Origin: Microbacterium sp.
GTDB lineage: Bacteria; Actinomycetota; Actinomycetes; Actinomycetales; Microbacteriaceae
DNA: 64,000 bases
NCBI RefSeq assembly: GCF_047607465.1
Contig: NZ_JASGCY010000061.1
Location: 15,541 to 79,540, forward strand
Reading direction: 5' to 3'
Shown in pieces: positions 37,373 through 45,658 of this stretch (position 1 is its first letter; each line of letters opens with the position of its first letter). Under the pieces are notes generated by a model. It did not search any database, was not told where the DNA came from, and saw only the letters and a program-made list of their open reading frames with translations. Both the position numbers and the translations under genes were made by a program.

Positions 37373-37750
37373 GTGATCGAAGAAGGCAAGCCCCTCTTCC
37401 TCCAGATCGCCGAACAGATCGAGGACTCGATCGTCGACGGATCCCTGGCCGAGGAGACGCAGGCGCCTTCGACCAACGCCCTCGCCGCGTTCTACCGGAT
37501 CAACCCCGCCACCGCAGCCAAGGGAGTCGCAATGCTCACCGACAAAGGCGTGCTGTACAAGCGCCGCGGCATCGGCATGTTCGTCGCCGCCGGCGCCAAG
37601 GACATCCTGCTCACCGAGCGCCGGGCGGCCTTCGCCGACCGCTACATCGACCCGCTCCTCGCCGAGGCCCGCACCCTGGGCCTCGGCGCCTCCGACCTCG
37701 CGGCGCTGCTCGCCGAGCGCGCCGCCCGCACCGAAGGGAACCCCGCATGA
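37373..37750 (+). CDS. GntR-family regulator, YtrA subfamily
   Basis: Short (125 aa) wHTH protein. PSTNALAAFYRINPATAAKGVAMLTDKGVLYKRRGIGMFV. Confidence 0.85.
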   Translation: MIEEGKPLFLQIAEQIEDSIVDGSLAEETQAPSTNALAAFYRINPATAAKGVAMLTDKGVLYKRRGIGMFVAAGAKDILLTERRAAFADRYIDPLLAEARTLGLGASDLAALLAERAARTEGNPA

Positions 37751-38643
37751 CCGCCGTCATCGAGGTGCAGAACCTCACCAAGCGCTACAAGGACAAGAAG
37801 GCCCTCGACGGCGTCTCGCTCTCGCTCGAGCCCGGCCACATCTATGGCCTCCTCGGCCGCAACGGCGCCGGCAAGACGACGCTGATGTCGATCCTCACGG
37901 CCCAGAACTTCGCGACATCCGGCACCGTGCAGGTGTTCGGCGAAGCGCCGTATGAGAACGCCAGGGTGCTCAGCCGCATCTGCTTCGTGCGCGAGAGCCA
38001 GAAATACCCCGACGACGCCACCCCGCGGCACGCGTTCCAGGCGGCCAGGCTGTTCTTCCCGAACTGGAATCAGCCGCTCGCCGACGACCTCATCCGCGAG
38101 TTCCAGCTGCCGATGAAGCAGAGGATCAAGAAGCTCTCGCGCGGCCAGCTCTCGGCGGTCGGCGTGATCATCGGCCTCGCCTCGCGTGCCGAGATCACCT
38201 TCTTCGACGAGCCGTACCTCGGCCTCGACGCCGTCGCCCGGCAGATCTTCTACGACCGCCTGCTCGAGGACTACGCCGAGCATCCGCGCACCGTCATCCT
38301 CTCCTCCCACCTCATCGACGAGGTCTCCAACCTCATCGAGAAGGTGATCGTCATCGACAACGGCCGCATCATCCTCGACGAGGACACGGATGCCGTGCGC
38401 GATCGCGCCGCGACGGTCATCGGCGACGCCGCCAAGGTCGACGCCTGGGTGGCGGGCCGTGAGGTGCTGCACCGCGAGGAGCTCGGCCGTGTGGCCTCGG
38501 TCACCGTGCTCAGCGCACTGAGCCCCGCCGAGCACGCCGAGCTCGCGGCATCCGGTCTGGATCTCGCCCCGGTCTCGCTGCAGCAGCTGGTCGTCCGGCT
38601 CACCCAGAAGAACGAAGCACTCGCGAAGGAGGAGGTCCGCTGA
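37747..38643 (+). CDS. ABC transporter ATP-binding protein
   Basis: GRNGAGKTT, LSRGQ, FFDEP. 4-nt overlap with the ytrA-like gene. Confidence 0.9.
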   Translation: MTAVIEVQNLTKRYKDKKALDGVSLSLEPGHIYGLLGRNGAGKTTLMSILTAQNFATSGTVQVFGEAPYENARVLSRICFVRESQKYPDDATPRHAFQAARLFFPNWNQPLADDLIREFQLPMKQRIKKLSRGQLSAVGVIIGLASRAEITFFDEPYLGLDAVARQIFYDRLLEDYAEHPRTVILSSHLIDEVSNLIEKVIVIDNGRIILDEDTDAVRDRAATVIGDAAKVDAWVAGREVLHREELGRVASVTVLSALSPAEHAELAASGLDLAPVSLQQLVVRLTQKNEALAKEEVR

Positions 38644-39326
38644 TGCGCACCCTCAACGTCATCCGCCTGCAGATGATCAACCGGTCGACGTTCCTCTGGA
38701 CGCCGCTGATCATCCTCGCCGGCGCCACCCTGCTGTCGATCCTCATCTACGCGATGATCCCCGTCGACACCCCCAAGTACGGCGGGGCTGGCCAGGCCCC
38801 GCTGTGGTACTTCTTCGCGATCGGCATCGGTGCGATGAGCTACACCTTCCCGTTCTCGCAGGCCATGAGTATCACCCGGCGCGAGTTCTTCTTCGGCACC
38901 ATGCTCACCGCGGTGATCGCGAGTGCCCTGATGGGCGGACTGTTCGTCCTCGGCGGCGGCATCGAGCTGGCCACCGGCGGCTACGGCGTGAACGGCTACG
39001 TGTTCTACCTGCCGTGGATGTGGGAGTCGGGGGCCTTCGGCGCCTTCCTCGTCTTCTTCACGCTCTCGTTGCTGCTGTTCCTACTGGGCTTCACGGGGGC
39101 TGCCATCTACAAGAGCTGGGGCCAGACCGTGCTCACGATCGTGTGGGTCGGCCTCGCCCTGTTGTTCATCCTGCTCGTGTTCCTCGCGACGCGGTTCGAG
39201 CTGTGGGGTGCGTTCTGGGCGGGCGTGGGCGGGCTGGGAGCCGCGGGACTCGCCGCCTGGGGACTGCTGGTCGTCGCTGTCCTCATGCTGGTGTCGTTCT
39301 TCGCCTTCCGGAGGGTGACGCCGTAG
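38643..39326 (+). CDS. Integral membrane protein, putative permease partner of the ABC ATPase
   Basis: About 6 TM segments. Start overlaps the upstream stop. Confidence 0.7.
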   Translation: MRTLNVIRLQMINRSTFLWTPLIILAGATLLSILIYAMIPVDTPKYGGAGQAPLWYFFAIGIGAMSYTFPFSQAMSITRREFFFGTMLTAVIASALMGGLFVLGGGIELATGGYGVNGYVFYLPWMWESGAFGAFLVFFTLSLLLFLLGFTGAAIYKSWGQTVLTIVWVGLALLFILLVFLATRFELWGAFWAGVGGLGAAGLAAWGLLVVAVLMLVSFFAFRRVTP

Positions 39327-39462
39327 GCACGGCGTCCGCCTCGGAAAACCCGGACGAGACGGATGCCGGGCGGCGTGTCGCGGAGGAACACGCCGAGGCG
39401 GATGCTGATGCTCTCCGTTTTCCGGAGGCGACGGGCACGAGTGGAAGGCGGGATAACGGAGG

Positions 39463-39693
39463 CGTGTTGTCCATCGGATGCTGCGGCATTGGGACACCGC
39501 GGGCCTGCTCGTGCCCGCCCACGTGGACGAGTCCAGCGGCTACCGCTCGTACGACCCGTCGCAGTTGGAACGGCTGCACCGGATCGTCGCGCTGCGGCAG
39601 CTCGGCTTCGGCCTCGACGACATCGCGCAGATCCTCGAGCAGGGCGTCGACGCCGACCGCCTCGCGGCGATGCTGCGGGTGCGCCGGGCCGAG
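39463..39693 (+). pseudogene. Decayed MerR-family regulator gene (HTH internally deleted, C-terminus lost)
   Basis: VLSIG in one frame abuts MLRHWDTAGLLVPAHVDESSGYRSYDPSQLERLHRIVALRQLGFGLDDI in another. About 11 codons of the HTH are missing. MerR-like sequence ends near RRAEV. Confidence 0.5.
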
Positions 39694-39719
39694 GTGCGCT
39701 CGTGCGCGGGACCGCCGAC

Positions 39720-39938
39720 TCAGAGCGCGCCGGTCAGGGCGGCCACGCCGACGAGCACCGAGACCACCGCGAGCACGAGGGCGATCGCGATGAGCACGAC
39801 GTGCACCCGGAGGAACGCCGTCGCGCGGCCGTTCTCGTCGCGTGCGCGGGGGTCGCTGGCGATGCGCGTGTAGAAGCGGGGCCACACCACCACGTTGAAG
39901 GCGGCATTGAGGAAGAGGACGACGGCGAGGGCGATCAC
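39720..39938 (-). CDS. Small two-TM membrane protein (SCO4848-like family)
   Basis: VVWPRFYTRI..GRATAFLRVHVVLIAIALVL pattern. 72 aa. Confidence 0.55.
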   Translation of the reverse strand: MIALAVVLFLNAAFNVVVWPRFYTRIASDPRARDENGRATAFLRVHVVLIAIALVLAVVSVLVGVAALTGAL

Positions 39939-40038
39939 CCCTCCACGCTAGCCCCCGTTCCGGCACTGCGCCGTGAATATATCGACCGCGATCATGTATC
40001 AGAAATCGCTTGCCCGGCTCCTTGCTGGTGTGATCACA

Positions 40039-40656
40039 ATGGAACTCATGATCGACGGCGCACCGGACGCCGATCTCGAGCAGGCCGACGACGGTGCCGC
40101 GCGGTGGCAGCAGGCCGCGCGGAGCTTCCGCGCCTGGCGAGACGGAGACAGCCGCGCGATGGACGACCTCGTGCGGCTGATGACCCCTGTCCTCTGGCAT
40201 GTCGTGCGCGCGTACGGTCTCGACCGCACCCTCGCCGAGGACGTCGTCCAGTCGGCGTGGCTGGCGCTCGTGCGCGGTCAGGACTCCATCAGCGATCCGA
40301 AGGCCGTGTCGGCCTGGCTCATCACCACCGCGCGTCGCGAGGCGTGGAGGGCCAGCAAGGCGCATGGCCGGGTGGACACGACGGATGCCGACGGCCTCGA
40401 CCGCCTGCTGCCGCAGCAGCGGTCCGCCGAGGAGCACGCGGCCATCGGGGACGAGAGCCGTCGGCTCTGGCTGGCCGTGCAGGCGCTCGACGAGCGCTGC
40501 CAGCGCCTGCTCCGCGTCGTCGCGTTCGACGACCGCCCCGACTACGCGAAGCTCGCCGCCGACCTCGCCATGCCCGTCGGCAGCATCGGCCCGACCCGCA
40601 AGCGGTGCCTGGCCAAGCTCAGAGGACTTCTCGATCCGGCAGGAGGGGAATCATGA
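40039..40656 (+). CDS. ECF-type sigma-70 family RNA polymerase sigma factor
   Basis: Region 2 (LAEDVVQSAWLALVR) and region 4 HTH (YAKLAADLAMPVGSIGPTRKRCLAKLR). Start 40039 preferred; track start is 39973. Confidence 0.85.
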   Translation: MELMIDGAPDADLEQADDGAARWQQAARSFRAWRDGDSRAMDDLVRLMTPVLWHVVRAYGLDRTLAEDVVQSAWLALVRGQDSISDPKAVSAWLITTARREAWRASKAHGRVDTTDADGLDRLLPQQRSAEEHAAIGDESRRLWLAVQALDERCQRLLRVVAFDDRPDYAKLAADLAMPVGSIGPTRKRCLAKLRGLLDPAGGES

Positions 40657-41108
40657 CCGACCACGAAGACGCCGAGCTGTTCGCGCGGCTGCGCTCGCTG
40701 TGGACCGACGTCGACCCGATGCCGGCCAGCCTCATCGACCGCATGATCGCCGCCGTGGCCACCGACTCCCTCTCCGAGGAGTACGCGCTGCTGACCCTCA
40801 TCGATCAGCCGCTGGGCGCGGTGCGCGCGGAGACGGATGCCCTCACGCTGCAGTTCAGCGACGGCACCACCAGCATCCTCCTGCACGTCACGACGAGCGC
40901 GAATGGCAATCGCCGCATCGACGGCTGGGTCGACACCGCGACGACGGAGATCGTGCTCGCGCAGGGCGACAGCATCCGCTCCACCGTCCCCAGCGAGACC
41001 GGCCGCTTCATCTTCGACGATGTGCCGCAGGGTCTCGCCAGAGTGCGGCTGACGGCGCAGGATGCGGATTCCGAGCGCACCGTGGTGACGCCGCAGTTCG
41101 AGTTGTGA
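40653..41108 (+). CDS. Hypothetical 151-aa protein coupled to the sigma factor; C-terminal half resembles a carboxypeptidase-regulatory-like beta sandwich
   Basis: ATG overlaps the sigma stop (ATGA). No TM and no zinc anti-sigma motif. GRFIFDDVPQGLARVRL strand pattern. Confidence 0.6.
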   Translation: MTDHEDAELFARLRSLWTDVDPMPASLIDRMIAAVATDSLSEEYALLTLIDQPLGAVRAETDALTLQFSDGTTSILLHVTTSANGNRRIDGWVDTATTEIVLAQGDSIRSTVPSETGRFIFDDVPQGLARVRLTAQDADSERTVVTPQFEL

Positions 41109-41147
41109 ACCGAGCAGTTCGGGTCGTGAGCACGGAAGGGGAACGAC

Positions 41148-42707
41148 ATGGATCAGCCCAAGGGGTGGAGCTGGCAGGACCGCGCTGAGGGGTCGATCCT
41201 CCGCGGGACGGCGCTCGATCCGAGCGTCGAGCCGGTGGACGGCGTGCGCGCCTACCCGACCGCCTACCTGCCAGAGCACCTGCTCATCACGCAGGATCTC
41301 GACCACGAGGCCAATGATCGCGAGATCCAGGCGCTGCGCGACGCCGCCGGCGCCTTCGGGTGGATTCTGGAGATGGAGTCGCCAGACGCTGGCCGAGGGC
41401 TCGGCGCCGACGGAGAGCTGATCCCCGGCGTGCCCGGGTTCCTGCGCGCCCGGCTGACGACGCCGGAGGAGCCGCAGCGGGGCGAGTCGCCGGTGGCGCC
41501 GGATGCCTGGCGGGTGCTGCAGCGCGCCCGGCGCGCGACGCGCAGCACGATGCCGCGGACGAGCCTGGAGCACGTGCTCGCGATCGACCCCGTCGGGCTC
41601 AATCCGTTCAGCAAGACGAACCCCTTCAGCAAGACGAACCCGTTCAGCAAGACGAACCCGGTGCGCGGCGGGGGCGGCAGCGACGACTACCTCGAACCAG
41701 GGCGCGGCGCGCGCCAGCCGGTCGGCTGGGTGGGGGCGGCACCCGCGCGCGGGCCGGCACCGAAAAGCGGACGGCGCCCGGTCATCGCGGTGCTCGATAC
41801 CGGATGCGGCGTGCACGACTGGCTGCCCGACGACATCGTCACACGGGGCGCCGAGCTCGACGGCGTGCCGGTGGGTCTCACCGACGACGCCGACCCCGAG
41901 CTCTACCCCGACCTGTACGGGCAGCTCGACGGCGAGATCGACGCCGTCGCCGGGCACGGCACGTTCATCGCGGGGCTGATCCGCCAGGCGGCACCGGATG
42001 CCGACATCCTGTCGATCCGCATGGCGGGCTCGCTCGGCGTCATCGACGAGAGCACGTTCCTCGTGACCGTGGCGCAGGTCGTCGAGCTGCTGCGTCGGCA
42101 TCGCGAGGACCCGCGCACCGGGCATCCGATCGACGTCATCAACCTCTCGCTCGGCTACTACCACGAGACGCCCACCGACGGGCTGTTCAGCACGACCCTG
42201 TTCCAGCTGCTCGCCGAGGCGCGGCGGTTGGGCTGCGTCGTCGTCTGCTCGGCGGGCAACGACGCGATCGACCGTCCGTCCTTCCCCGCGTCGCTGTGGC
42301 CATGGCCGGGCGCCGACAACGGCATCCGTCCCGATCGCGCGGCGCCGCACGTCTCGGTAGGAGCGCTGAACCCCTCGGGGCAGTCGATCGCCCTGTTCTC
42401 GAACGTCGGCCCGTGGGTGCAGGTATACGCGCCCGGGGCTGCGGTCGTCAGCACGTCACCGGGATTCACGGGCGGCCAGCAGGCCGCGAGCCGTGCCGAT
42501 TTCGACGGGTTGCGGCGTGAGACCCTCGACCCCGACGACTACCGCGGCGGGTTCGCGGTGTGGAGCGGCACCTCGTTCTCAGCGCCGTACGTCGCCGGAC
42601 GCATCGCCGCGCAGTTGGGCTCGGTACCGCTTGCCGGAGCGAGTGCGGAGACGGCGCGGGATGCTGTCGCCAAGGTTCTGGAGGCGCTGCCGACGCCGCG
42701 GGTGTGA
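41148..42707 (+). CDS. S8 (subtilisin-like) serine peptidase without recognisable signal peptide
   Basis: Triad motifs VLDTGCG (Asp), GHGTFIAG (His), GTSFSAPYVAG (Ser). The N-terminus is acidic and non-hydrophobic. Confidence 0.88.
   Translation: MDQPKGWSWQDRAEGSILRGTALDPSVEPVDGVRAYPTAYLPEHLLITQDLDHEANDREIQALRDAAGAFGWILEMESPDAGRGLGADGELIPGVPGFLRARLTTPEEPQRGESPVAPDAWRVLQRARRATRSTMPRTSLEHVLAIDPVGLNPFSKTNPFSKTNPFSKTNPVRGGGGSDDYLEPGRGARQPVGWVGAAPARGPAPKSGRRPVIAVLDTGCGVHDWLPDDIVTRGAELDGVPVGLTDDADPELYPDLYGQLDGEIDAVAGHGTFIAGLIRQAAPDADILSIRMAGSLGVIDESTFLVTVAQVVELLRRHREDPRTGHPIDVINLSLGYYHETPTDGLFSTTLFQLLAEARRLGCVVVCSAGNDAIDRPSFPASLWPWPGADNGIRPDRAAPHVSVGALNPSGQSIALFSNVGPWVQVYAPGAAVVSTSPGFTGGQQAASRADFDGLRRETLDPDDYRGGFAVWSGTSFSAPYVAGRIAAQLGSVPLAGASAETARDAVAKVLEALPTPRV
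41601..41660 (+). repeat. In-frame 18-bp tandem repeat x3.3 encoding NPFSKT NPFSKT NPFSKT NP
   Basis: aatccgttcagcaagacg / aaccccttcagcaagacg / aacccgttcagcaagacg. Lies in the linker before the S8 catalytic domain. Confidence 0.9.
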
Positions 42708-42808
42708 TCGGAAGCCGGGCGGCTGGGCGTTCGAGCACCGCGCCCGGCATCCGCCTCACCCCCCGCGTGCCCTTCCCCTGACCCGGCGCACCACGGCATG
42801 CTGGGACA

Positions 42809-45364
42809 ATGCCCCTCTCCGCCGGTGAACTGCACCGCCGCGGGCTCGAAGCGGCCAACACCCGGCGGTACGCGCAGGCCCGACGGGACCTCGCCGCGGC
42901 GTCCGCCCGCACCGACGACCCCGACCTGCGCGCGCGCATCGACGGCACATCGGCCTATGTGCTCGCGCAGACCGGGGAGCCCGCCGCCGCCGAGGCGCTG
43001 TCGCGCGAGGCGCTCGCCCGACCGGGGCTCGCCCCAGAGACCGTCGCCGTGCTGTGCGGGCAGCTGGGCGTGCTGCTCATGCATTCCGGGCGGCTCGACG
43101 AGGCCGACGCCATGCTGACCCGCGCGATCGATGCCATGCCGGGCGATTCGGTGGAGTTCGCGCACTGCCTGATGAACCGCGCCATGGTGCGGATGCAGCG
43201 GCACGAGCTCGACGAGGGCATGGCCGACCTGGAACAGGCGGCGCTGACCTATGAGGCCGCAGGAGACTGGGTCTCGAACGCCGAGGCCCGCCACAATCTC
43301 GGCTACGCGGCGCTGCTGGGCGGAGACCTCGTCACGGCGCTGCGGCTGATGACGCAGTCGCGGCCGGTCTTCGCAGAGACGAGCGAACTCGCCACCGCGA
43401 TCAGCGATCTCGACCGCGCCGAGGTGCTCCGGGACGCCGGGCTCACCACCGAGGCCGAGGCGCTGCTCGGCGAGGTCGCCGCGCGCTTCGGCGCGCAGCG
43501 CATGCGGCAGGCGCGCGGGGAGGCCGAGTTCCACCTCGCCCGTTCGCTGCTGCGCCATGACGCTCCTGCGGCCGTGCGCACGGCGCGCACAGCGGTGCGC
43601 CGGTTCACGGCACTGCGCAGCACCGGCTGGGCGGCGAGGGCCGAGGCGGTGCGGCTCGAGGCGGCGGTGCGCGCGGGCAGGCCGCCTTCTGCGCAGGAGT
43701 TCGCGGCAGCATCCGATGCCCTGATCCAGGGCGGATTCCGCACCGAGGCGGCAGCGCTGCGCCTGACCGCACGACAGGCCGGTCACGGTCCGCGACCGCG
43801 CATCGGGGCCGATGCCCCGGTGCCGTTGCGCGTGCGCGACCACGAGGTGCGGGCGGCGCGCTCGGCCTCCCGAGGGCGCGACGCGGAGGCCCGGCGCATC
43901 GCCGCCGCTGGACTCGACCTGCTGGCGAACGGTCAGGAGTCGTTCGGGGCGCTCGACCTGCAGTCCTCGGTGAGCATGCAGGCATCCGATCTCGTCTTCA
44001 CCGGGCTCGCCGCGGCGGCGCGCTCGCGACGTCCGGAGGTGCTGTTCGAGTGGTCGGAGCGGGCGCGGCACCTCAGTCAGCAGGTCACCCCGGTGCGCCC
44101 TCCCCACGATGCGGACCTCGCCGCCGACCTCGCGGCGCTGCGGATGCTGCGCGCCGATCTCGCCGGCTCCGATTGGACGGGCGACGCCAGGGTGCGCGCT
44201 CTGCGCGATCGGGTGCGGGAGCGGCAGTGGTCGACGACGACGACCGGGCGGGCGCTCACCCGGCTCGGGCTCGCCGAGGCGCAGTCGCTGCTCGACCGCG
44301 AGACCGCCGTGCTCTCGTACGTGTACACCGGCGCGGAGCTGCAGTGCGTCGTGGCCACGGCATCCGATGCGCGGATCGTTCCGCTCGCCTGGCGGCGCGT
44401 GCAGGAGGCGCTCGACGGGCTGCGTGCCGATCTCGATGTCGCCGCCCTCACCCGCGGCGGGCCGATGGCGGCGTTCGTGGAGCGCGCGCTCGACGAACGC
44501 CTGGCCCGGCTCGACGCGGAGCTCCTCGCCCCTGCGCGCGCCGCCGCAGGCCCGGTTTCACGACTCGTGCTCACGGTGCCCGGCATCCTCTCCGGCATCC
44601 CCTGGGCGATGCTGCCGGGGATGCATGCCACCCCCTTCACCCTCGCGACCTCGGTCTCGCGCTGGTCCGCCGACCGCCCCCCTTCCCCTCCTTCCCCTCC
44701 TCACCCCGGCCGACGCCCCACCTGGGCGTCCGCGCCCCACCTGGGCGACGTCGCTCAGGTGGGGCATCGCGGCGCAGATGGGGCGTCGGCGGAAGAGGGC
44801 GGGGGGAGCGCGGCGGGCGGGGCGGGGAGAGGGGGGAGCGGGTTCGCGGCGGGGCCGCGGGTGCCGCGCGCGCTCGACGAGGTGCAGCGGGCGTCCGCCG
44901 CGTGGGAAGAGGCCACAGTGCTCACCGGCGACGACGCGCGGGTGGATGCCGTGACCGCCCTCGCCGCGCGCAGCGAGGTGCTGCACATCGCAGCCCACGG
45001 ACGCCATGCCGCCGACAACCCGCTCTTCTCCGGCCTCGAGCTCGCCGACGGCACGCTGTTCGGCTACGACGTCGACCTCATCGAGCGCACACCAGACACC
45101 GTCGTGCTCTCGGCGTGCGAGCTCGGCCGCTCCTCGGTGCGCTGGGGAGAGGAGGCGCTCGGCATGACCCGGGTGTGGTTGCACGCCGGGACGCGTTGCG
45201 TCATCGCCGCGCCCGTCGTCGTAGCGGATGCTGTCGCCGCCGAGCTGCTCGCGGCGCTGCACACCGGGCTCGCGCGGGGCGAGGATCCGGCCGCGGCGCT
45301 GGCCGCGGCATCCGTCTCCACCGGGCTGCGCGCCCCGTTCCAGTGCCACGGATCCGGATTCTGA
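42809..45364 (+). CDS. TPR-CHAT protein (helical repeat N-terminal half plus caspase-like CHAT protease domain)
   Basis: About 400 aa of TPR-like repeats. CHAT His (VLHIAAHGRH) and Cys (VVLSACELG) dyad. Confidence 0.85.
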   Translation: MPLSAGELHRRGLEAANTRRYAQARRDLAAASARTDDPDLRARIDGTSAYVLAQTGEPAAAEALSREALARPGLAPETVAVLCGQLGVLLMHSGRLDEADAMLTRAIDAMPGDSVEFAHCLMNRAMVRMQRHELDEGMADLEQAALTYEAAGDWVSNAEARHNLGYAALLGGDLVTALRLMTQSRPVFAETSELATAISDLDRAEVLRDAGLTTEAEALLGEVAARFGAQRMRQARGEAEFHLARSLLRHDAPAAVRTARTAVRRFTALRSTGWAARAEAVRLEAAVRAGRPPSAQEFAAASDALIQGGFRTEAAALRLTARQAGHGPRPRIGADAPVPLRVRDHEVRAARSASRGRDAEARRIAAAGLDLLANGQESFGALDLQSSVSMQASDLVFTGLAAAARSRRPEVLFEWSERARHLSQQVTPVRPPHDADLAADLAALRMLRADLAGSDWTGDARVRALRDRVRERQWSTTTTGRALTRLGLAEAQSLLDRETAVLSYVYTGAELQCVVATASDARIVPLAWRRVQEALDGLRADLDVAALTRGGPMAAFVERALDERLARLDAELLAPARAAAGPVSRLVLTVPGILSGIPWAMLPGMHATPFTLATSVSRWSADRPPSPPSPPHPGRRPTWASAPHLGDVAQVGHRGADGASAEEGGGSAAGGAGRGGSGFAAGPRVPRALDEVQRASAAWEEATVLTGDDARVDAVTALAARSEVLHIAAHGRHAADNPLFSGLELADGTLFGYDVDLIERTPDTVVLSACELGRSSVRWGEEALGMTRVWLHAGTRCVIAAPVVVADAVAAELLAALHTGLARGEDPAAALAAASVSTGLRAPFQCHGSGF
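44708..44792. repeat. Palindromic repeat family A, copy 4, located inside the CHAT coding sequence
   Basis: ggccgacgccccacctgggcgtccgcgccccacctgggcgacgtcgctcaggtggggcatcgcggcgcagatggggcgtcggcgg. Confidence 0.85.
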
Positions 45365-45416
45365 ATCTTTTTCTCCACTCGATGTATCAGACCGGCGGGA
45401 ACCTGCTCTTGATCGT

Positions 45417-45606
45417 CAGAAGATGCCGATGCGAAAGGGCTTCGAGAAGGCGGAGCACGGGAGGCGCAGTCGAAAGGGGGCTTCTGTGCACTGGGGAGTG
45501 CAGGAATCACGACGGGTCATCTTCTGCCCAGGGGGTGCCGTGGTTGCAACCAGGCACCCCCGCCAGGGGCGGGTGCGGCGGACTGGGGCCGCCGCACCCG
45601 CTTTCC
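45417..45606 (+). ncRNA. Candidate structured RNA (unclassified) in a convergent intergenic region
   Basis: 9-bp closing helix cagaagatg (45417-25) / catcttctg (45518-26), with a competing cttctg at 45481-86. 12-bp hairpin at 45531-61. 13-bp hairpin at 45569-601 followed by TTTCC. Strand assignment is tentative. Confidence 0.3.
45569..45606 (+). terminator. GC-rich 13-bp stem-loop followed by TTTCC; possible intrinsic terminator
   Basis: gcgggtgcggcgg-actgggg-ccgccgcacccgc-tttcc. Confidence 0.35.
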
Positions 45607-45658
45607 GGCGGAGGTCTTCAGCAGGACGGCGCGACGCCGTCATCCGCCCTGAGGGCTC

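Noticed and set aside
40653-41108. Bacterial gasdermin as the protease substrate in the S8/CHAT cassette
   Set aside because: The protein has only 151 aa, well below typical gasdermin size. Its C-terminal half looks like a small beta sandwich rather than a gasdermin fold. No other candidate ORF is present in the cassette.
40542-44107. 602-aa and 522-aa minus-strand ORFs
   Set aside because: They are antisense to the S8 and CHAT genes. They show no motifs, and the GC3 pattern supports the plus-strand frames.
45417-45526. c-di-AMP (ydaO-type) or cobalamin riboswitch identity for the structured segment
   Set aside because: There are only loose resemblances (gagcacggga, ggggagtgcaggaatc). The conserved 3' ydaO elements and the B12 box are absent. 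No downstream gene lies on either strand, because both flanking genes converge on the region.
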